In this document: piece after piece, positions 23,801 to 32,800 of the stretch | Layout: every line of letters begins with the position of its first letter | How positions within the stretch are numbered: position 1 is the stretch's first letter | Assembly (NCBI GenBank): GCA_964200185.2 | Contig: CAXNAD020000043.1 | Coordinates: forward strand, 1 to 36,662 | Reading direction: 5' to 3' | From: Choristocarpus tenellus KU-1152 | Lineage: Eukaryota; Protista; Phaeophyceae | DNA length: 36,662 bases | Program-made: the position numbers and the translations under genes | The notes under the pieces: model-generated | Told to the model about the DNA's origin: nothing | Seen by the model: the letters and a program-made list of their open reading frames with translations, nothing else | Databases searched by the model: none

Positions 23801-26800
23801 ATGGGCATTGTGTGGTACTAGGCCTACAGGCTACAGGTGTGTATGCGATGATGTTTTCGTAATTGTCTGACCTCACATGTATTACCTTAGCTATTTTTGA
23901 GTTTTTCCCTAGATGTTTAACTCGATCAGAAATCTGTCCACGATTTTCGCAAGTTCTCTCTTTTTTGAGGGATTGGATCGAGCACATTAAGGTTGTAAAC
24001 TGTCATGTTTGCTGGCTTCTTTGGCACCCCTCTACAGTTTACCTTATTGTGTGGCCATTATGTTGCAACGATATCTACTGGCACTGACATCTCAGCCCAT
24101 TCCTTGTGGTGCTGCAGGCGAGGCCAACTCCAAGGAGGCTTTGATGACAAAGGAGATAGATGGGCAGGATTTCGTGAGTTCCCCAGCTCAAACGCTTTTG
24201 CGGCTCATTCTTAAGATCTTCTGGGTTGATGAAGAGGACAGGTATTCCAGACTAGTTGCTTATCTCGCCATAAATTTGATGAAATTATGGCGAGGGTTAT
24301 CCTTGCAAGATCAACATGCAAATCACAAATGCTACATAGAAAACTTGCTTTGATGCACCCACCATGACCCACCATGACCCACCATGACCATGAACGTTGT
24401 TTTCAACCGTAAATTTGAACATGCCATCCAGGGAGGCCTGTTGCGCAATTCTCTCCTTCTCATCCTTAGCTCTGCGGATGTGTACTTTTGTTCATTTTTC
24501 GTATGCTTAGGGAGGAGGATGAAGATGACTGCTTCAAGTTCGATAGATATGCAATATCTTCCAGACCAGCAACCTGGCCTGCTGACAGAGCTGTGAAGGA
24601 TGTAAGGACAGTAAGGATGTAAGCACACAAACAAAAATGCAAAAAAGTGATGATAACCGCGAGCGCAGAACTGTAAATACTTGGGGTTTGTATTCAAACG
24701 TTTTGGTGAGGGTATACCAGATGACTGGAAAATATTTATGAGCTCACTCAGAATCGAAATGTGTGCAAGTTCCTAAGGTTGTGGGCGTTGCGAGGAAAGT
24801 TCAGCAGAAACTGTAGCACACGTATATATTGATGATCGTATCTAATCATGTCTGACCCCCTGATCATTGATGTTGATTTTATCCAATTTGAGTGAATGGT
24901 AGAGATTCAATCACTACAATTGATTACAACATTGTCAGTAATGATTTTGTAGTCAGTGTGAGGTGTGGTTGATGGTAAGAGTTGTTTTAGCATGTCGCTT
25001 TAAGGGCAATGGCTAAAGGATGAGGGAACTCTGGGGGAAAAATGCGTCTTTTACTTTTCAAATCAGTACGTATGGATCAGAATTTTCAAGTATTGTTATG
25101 ATTCATAGTATTGGTTGCACTTTTGACTATGAAGAAATTTGCGTACAATTCAAAGAGTATGTAAGATAACATCAGATAGGATTTTTCTACAAGCTGTTGT
25201 CCAGATCTCTTGTTCAGTGCATTGTTTAACCCTGGTCAATAACATTACATATTTACATTTGCCATTCTCATGTATCACTACGGATGTATATGATATGAAG
25301 AGTTCAACGAACTTAATGCCAGAGCATTCCTTGTGCACATCACATCGTTGGGTAGTGGGTCTAAGCTACTACAGAGCATTAATAAATTTTCCTGTTGGAA
25401 AGAGGATGTCATTCTAATTACATTGGGCCACGCTTGGGGATGTCAAAAGAAGGTAGGGACTGCTGCTTCTAGTCGAGGCCATTGGTGTTTGATTCCCTTG
25501 TTCCTTTTCCATGCACGTACTTTGTGCGTTTCCAATAGTCGCTTGGTGATTCCCCCAACCTTTCCTGATGTTTGGACCATGATGTGAAGGAGGTGTACTG
25601 TAACCAAGAATTTGATGGGAACGCAAAGTATGGGACAGAGTCTCCTTCATATTTATATTGCACACCATTTACAGAGGGTTCTGTGTGGGGGAAGGGCAAG
25701 GGAAAGGCCGCCAGAAGATACCAGCCTAGCGTCTTCAATGAAGGTAAGTAGTATCATGAGGCTATAGTTTTTTTTATAATGAATTTTGTTCTATGGTACC
25801 CACTGTAGTTGGAATGTATGTATATATACATGATACATAGAATTTTGGTGAATTTGATTAGTATCGTCTTTTTGGATTCTGGAATGGCTCTTTGACCAAA
25901 TAATACAGTCGACGTTTGTTGTGCATCAAGATGATTACGTACAAAGATTCCATTGTAGTAGGGACTGCACTTAAAGTCTGCATGTAGACTTTAACCTTCG
26001 GAGCAATGGGAGAGGATTGAACGGCATAAGCTATACTATTTTCCATCAAGGGACAAAACAAAGAAATGCGCCAACTTTCTGACTTGCAATTCAAGTGTAT
26101 ATCAAGAAAGAACATTTAATCTATTTTGTGTTGTGCATATACTGTCCTGTACCAAACTAAGCCTTGGTATCATGAGAAGGGAAGAATTCATTCCAACCAC
26201 AGGGATTTCAAGTTGACTTATCGCGATGGATTCCTGATTCTTCCCTGCCTACACATGTGATGAGGGTGAAAATCCGTTAGTTATCCCCTTATATCTGCAA
26301 TGAATAGATTTGCTTTTGGTGAGTGCATTTTGTTGCAGATGAGGCACACAGATGATTTCATTGTCAAGGTGACTCAAAGCATCTCTGTGGGATTACTCTA
26401 AGATGAAACCCTCGTTTGAGGTGCTAAAATATTGATATTGACTATAAAATTACCATTGCCCAGTGTGAATGTCGGACCACCAAAGCATAGAACCTGTTTA
26501 TGTAGATATTTTTAGGTACTTCAAAGTATGACGGTGGGGACTAATAATCAATACTCTTTTATTGCTTTCTAGGCACGTTATGAAATTTATTTTTTGTGAG
26601 ATTTCGTTCAATTTTTCCCATCTCTAATTTGAATTATCTTGTTTTATGTATGGTGCTTACTTCTCATGACATCATCAGGTGAAAGCTTTTGACTTTAGCT
26701 TCAAGTTGGTGTAGCACTTGACACCTATATCTAATTTTCAACTGTTGCCTTAGCATGAAAATTGAGGGTTCATTTTCAAGTTTTGGCAGTTCTCGGATTT

Positions 26801-29800
26801 TTGGAGGTTTCGCAAGGAAAGTGAGGAAAACCATAACACCAATCTCAACTAATCAACACCCGAAGTAAGGAGTCTCTGGATGGTGAATAAGAGAATCAAG
26901 AGGTAAAGGGGGCTGGTTGTAGAGGATCTTGCAGACGAGGGGATGCCACAGAGAAAGAGGTGGAGGGGACACCTAACCGGAGATGGGGCAAGGGACCCAC
27001 ACGATGCAGCGACAAGGAAGCGAGACTTGAATGCCGTCAGACGGAAAGCTCAAGAGGTTAGGGAAGCTAATGCCAAAGAGCAAATGGAGAAACTCGAGTT
27101 GGACAAAGGAGAGGTGTTTTCCTAGCGGCAAGCATATCATGTACTGCTGATCCTACACTACCAGTTCATTATTTACAATTGTATGGGCCAAGCTGAGGTG
27201 GTAGAGGGTGTCCACCTTGCAGAAGTGGGATACAACAAGGGTTTTCGAATTGTGAAAACTTGGAAGGAGAAAGGGGAGATCTTTTGTATCTCTGGAGCTG
27301 GGAGGGGGATTGTTCAAGGGTTTATCCCAACAGAGGTGCAAGCTCCTTGAACCACAGTTTGACAAGACGGAAACCATCTATAAACGGCACTCATTGGGAA
27401 ATGCGGTTTTCTGTCAGAACTTGGCGACCTGGGTAAAGACAAAGTTTTAGGGTGGAACCCTCACTGAGAGGTGTGGATACCATCTTGAAATGCTTGGGCT
27501 ATGTGCGGAGAAGGGGTTGAATGAAGACCCACCTCTGACAGAGGAGAGGAAGGCAAGTGTTTACAGATTGCTGGTTGAATACTCGGGGACCTTTAGGTAG
27601 GAAATTGTAACGGGGAGAATGATTACCCAATTGAGAGATCTAGTAAGGCTTGAGTGGAATGTTGACCCTAGCTAGGATCAGATTGAGAGTGGTTGGAAAC
27701 CAGCAGACTGTGGCAAGCTGGTTTCCTGTGGCCAGGGGGAGATGACAAAATGCATCAAGACAGAGGACAAGATATTGGAGGGACATATGTTCAACTTGAC
27801 AAATGTTCCAGATGAGCTGAAATATATGGATGAGTTGGAGAGAACAATGGATGGTTTAGAAGAGGAGCAGAAGAGACTTTCTAGGAGGATTATGCTTTGG
27901 AACTCATGGTGGAACGTTCTAGTGGAAGATGGTAACAATGACAACGTCGAAGGTGACGAATACGAGCCTGTAGTTTAGTTTTGAATATCAAGAGATGGCC
28001 CAGTAACATTCAGAGTGTTCCAAGCACACTCGAGTACTTAAAGCTTTTTTTCCCTTGAAATGTTCTGCAGTGACAACTGAAACAATTTGAACCGAAACAA
28101 TTGGACCGACCCACCAGAAACATATAATAAACATATCCTATGGGTCCTGTGTATATTATCATTCCAATGGCATGTGTTTCACTTCGTGAGTAGGTAAAGC
28201 ATTGCGTAGGTATGAAGACATCAAGAATACCCACAAACACATAAATGCTACCCTTGCACAGATAATGCATCCTAATGCACGCTGTACTGTGAATCGAAGG
28301 TGCTACTATAGCTTGATTGATGCGTTGGGACGTCAGCTTTCATGCCGTATGTAGTTCATGGGATGAAACAACATGCTATTGTGTAAGAGTGAAGTATTTT
28401 ATTATAATTTGATCTAAAACGGAATGTATCTTGGGTTTCAGGTGGAATTTGGACCTCAAACCAACTGAATCTGATCCAGCTTACCTTAGTCCTACTTCCC
28501 TCCGTAATACAGGGAAAGTAGAAGGAAATCTGTGAATATTTTTAACTGTTGTCAGGCCTCCCCTCCCTCCTAAGTATATGAAAGAAGGCATGAGTTAAAA
28601 GTACTACTGCAGGCCCCCAAGAGGGATACAACCTAGGTTATCTAACCTCACTAATTGTTCAGTTGCATTGCCCCAAATTTCAGGTACAAGAATAGAAAAA
28701 TGATTAAAGACAATGAATAAAATGTACTTCTAAGTGGTATGCCATGCACTGTTTTAAGAAGCGGTGGTGTCTATTCCCCTCTTTATTTTTTTCCTGGATA
28801 TTTTCTTCCTGCTTGGGTAACGCTCTCTGCTGCATGTCAACCTCATTTCCACCTCCAGGATTACACGCTCCATTTTTTAAGTTTGTATTTCCATTTCGTT
28901 GTGATCTTTGCCACATGTTTCATAACAGAATTATCGTCAAATACCAATGTCAAGGAGGCTGGGAATAAGGCAGGAGGATCAAATTATTTATCAAGGGTAA
29001 AGCGTGAGAGATGCCCTCTTCAGCAGCTGGCCAAAAAGCCCAAATTGGAGTTTGGTGGGCAAGCAAATGCTGTGAAAAAGGAACTTCCGAAGTCTGAGGT
29101 GATGTTCTTGGTGTGTCCTTGCCGTCCCTGCTATGGGTGCTCCTGTGATACATTACTTTGAACGATATGGTGTGTATTGGTTTCGAAGAAAATATATGAC
29201 ATTACACTACCATCAAATGGTACCAAAAATTTCTTTGTATCTAATGTCAGTGGAATGCATCTTCAATTCACTGGTCTTGCTTTGCTTCACATCAGGGAGT
29301 TTCTACTAACGTTTTGTACCTACTCAGAGACTTTTTGAGAATCATCCTTGCAGTTAAACAAACTCTGGTCCTATGTCAGGTATGGTGTTTTTTCTGTTGT
29401 TCCCTTCTAATTTTGGTGGAGCACTAACGGAAATGATATTTGTAACAAAGTAAAACATCTTTGTCTCTTTTCCTTTCGCTCATCAGATTGTGTTGCCTCC
29501 ATCATCAACTTCTCAAGCAGAAGTGGTGGACTTGTGCAGTGACAGCAACAGTGATGACGAGGAAATCACAGTATTGAAGGTGACAAGACAGCCTGATACA
29601 ATGGCTAACATGTCTTCACTGAAACATTCCCCAGTCAACGAATATGAAAGTGGGCCGAGTCTTGGGCATGAGTGGGAACAAAGCAGGCTGGGGGCGCAGG
29701 GGCACCAGAGAGGTGATGAGCACGTCCATGTCCAAGTAGAGGAGGAGGAGAGTGTGAGTTTACATATGAGTGAGACTAATCGGCCTGCAACGAGGAAGAA

Positions 29801-32800
29801 GGCGGAAGACAGGAAAGAGACCAGGGATCATGCCTTTATGATGGATGAACGGTAAGGGGACTTCCCCTCAGCTGCTTGGCTCTCTCTTTCTCACAAAGTT
29901 GCTCATTGTGCACTCTCCTTGTTTTCTGCGGATTCCTTTCTTGACCCTTATGCAGGCATTGCTAGTGTGTGCATTCTGTTTTGATGAAGGTGGGAAGCCT
30001 GATGTGTGGAAGACAAATGACTTTATTCTACATTTACACGACATTCATTTTGTGTGTACCTCCTAATCGTACACATGTATCTTATCCCTAACCCCAACCC
30101 TGTCCACAATGCATGACTTGCACCAATCCCAGCATGTCAAAAGAGGAGCATCTAAAGCGTATTTGTAAATGCTATCCTCTCCTTCCCCCCCCCCCTCCCT
30201 CTATCACCATTCCATCTCCTTTTCATTGTGATTGTCAATGAAGACTTCACGACCCTGCCTTGTATGGACAGGGAAGCAGTAAGTACCTCATTGCAAAGTC
30301 TCGCTTGGACGCGCTGCTTGCATTGGTGGGGTTGTTAAAACTGCCCGAGAACCCATTGGACCAATTGGTAGACCAGCTGGGAGGTGTGCAGGTGAGATTT
30401 GGACTCTCAACACTTGTGTACCATTTGCGTCTTGGGTTTGTTTCCAAGCCTTGATACCAAGTAGATACAAGTTTTCCCTGTTCACCAGGGAGACGGATTG
30501 ATTGATTGGATGATCGATTTAAGCATATATATTTTGATGAATGATAAGATGCTGGTTGAGCATTGTGCAGATATGATGGAGAAAGATGTAACATCAACAT
30601 GCTCAGACCGTGATCAGAAAGGCAATACACTATGAGAGCAGGAAGAAGTAAATTGAAAGTATATTAGAGGGTATGAGTTTTCCCCTGTTTGTCCATTTGG
30701 GGCTTGGCTTCCCATGTTTTTTTATGACATTTTCCTACTCCAATTTTTTTTCTTAAGAGTAGGCAAAATGTATACGCTATGAAAAGGTGTGTCCGAAACA
30801 CATCTATTGATACTTACTGGCAAACTCGATAGCCAAAATTACATATAAATCGCAACATTGGATTTTGACCCCCAAATGGACGCGACTCTACCCTCTAAGA
30901 TACTTTGGCTCAGTATATATTTGACAAAAACCAGAGATACAGAAATTCACAATAAAGGTTTGAGAAGAAATGCAAAATGAAATCGAAACTCAGGATACAA
31001 TTAAAAAAGACCAAGCAGTCAAATGTAAAGAACCTGTATCAGTTCTAGTATCAGGGGTCAACATTTGTCCAAGGGTGGGGTATATACTCATGGTCATATA
31101 TCAAGGAACTTTATCCCTCATACCCACCACCAATACATATTTACCACCCATTTTTTTTTGTCTTGGATTGTTACCTTTTTTCTTCACTGTAGTCTGGGGA
31201 CTATCCCAACCCTTGTCAGAGGCAAGACATACTGCACAACTTATCATAGTACCTACTGCAACTAACTGTTGCACTATGACCAATTGTATTGTCTCCATCT
31301 ATGCTTTGCTTTTCTCATACTGGGTTCGGTGATCCTACCATTTATTGCTCAGCCTACCCCCTCGAGTCATGTGAAGTACTAACCTAGTCATAATGAATCC
31401 TTGCCAACAATTTTTGGGTTTTGTCGAATCTATGAGTACAAAGAAAATGGCCTACATAATTTCTTGATACGCTTCATGATGCACCTCCTTGCATATTGAA
31501 TCAGTTGGTGGATCTGGGTGATTCTAGCATCATTGATTTAGTCTCAGATAATTTAAGATATCAATCTCCTTCTACTGCTGTCCTGCAGCTGCAGTCCTGA
31601 TTTGAGTTATATCTTCTCGCTTGTGGGAGACCTGGAGGCACATGATCACTGTTCTATACAAGAAATATTTCTTCACACGAGAAATACAAACGCCCCACGT
31701 ACTGCAGTGAGGATCGCTGCCATCAATCTCTCTTGTGCCCTTGACAAAATGCCTGCATCTTTGACGTAGATCATACACAGTAGTAACTGGCAGGTATTTT
31801 TGCTTGCCCCTTACTCTGGCATTTTTTCTCTGCTCTCATGATATGGACAATAGCTTCTTCGAGGACACACTGCTTAGCTGAAACTCTCAATCGCTACAGT
31901 AAGAACTGCAATGATCAGGAGATTTGAATGCCAAGTAGCCAATGGTGTTAGGACACACGGGTGCTAGTATCTTAGTGGGTATGAGTTTTGCCTTGTTTGT
32001 CCATTTGAGGCTTGGCTTCCCACGGGTTTTTTATGGCATTTAGTTGACCGAAAATTTCGGAGTAGGTAAAATTGTATACATTATGAATAGTTGTGTCCGG
32101 AACAAGGATATTGACACTTCCTAACAAACACGATAGTGAAAATTACATCATCACAACATTGGATTTTGGCCTTCAAAAGGACGCGGCTCTGCCCTCTAAA
32201 TTACTTTGACTCACACCCTTGGCGAAGACCTTGTTCACCACTGAACCATCTTGCGCACTCCCCATCATCCATGTAGAAGCTCGTATTCTGATATGGAATT
32301 GATAGTTGACCGAAAATATTTTGACAGGCACACCAAACTTGGTTAGCGTGGTCAAGTGGAGACCATGGTCAACAGAGATGTATCCCTTCTGCAAATCAAT
32401 TGAAGTACACGTGTAATGGGACCCTTTTGCTTGCATGACCTCTTGCAAGACACACTCTGCATATTGCCAGTGGCTGACTGATGAAGTTGGAATCCATTTT
32501 TCTCTTCAAAAACCATACCTTCCTGCTTGATATGCTCTCCCTCTCGTTGTGTGATAACTCTTCGAGCACTTTTCAAGTTTGTGTCACTAGAGAAATTCAT
32601 CTTTAAGTGCTCAAAGAGTTTTAACAATTGTATCTTTCCATCCCTGCGGTATTTTCTTCAACCACATAAAATGTATTATCACATTGAAGACCTGCACGAG
32701 ATAGGGACCCTTGTTTAGTTCTAGCTTCAGGAGTTCCATTGAGAGGTAATTCAGTCCCACAGACGTTTTGTTTGTGAAAATATGCATAATATCCTTCACC

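Noticed and set aside
25690-25720. GKGKGK (or GEGQGK in another frame) as a second Walker A
   Set aside because: No GK[ST], and it lies in a low-complexity insert.
26339-26368. Candidate 30-bp micro-exon (CAG|ATG...AAG|GTGAC)
   Set aside because: Phase 0/0 does not fit the phase-1 intron 17; in the required phase it contains TGA.
29956-29989. Candidate micro-exon between exons 19 and 20
   Set aside because: Contains TAG in the phase required after the 29852 donor and does not reconcile frames.
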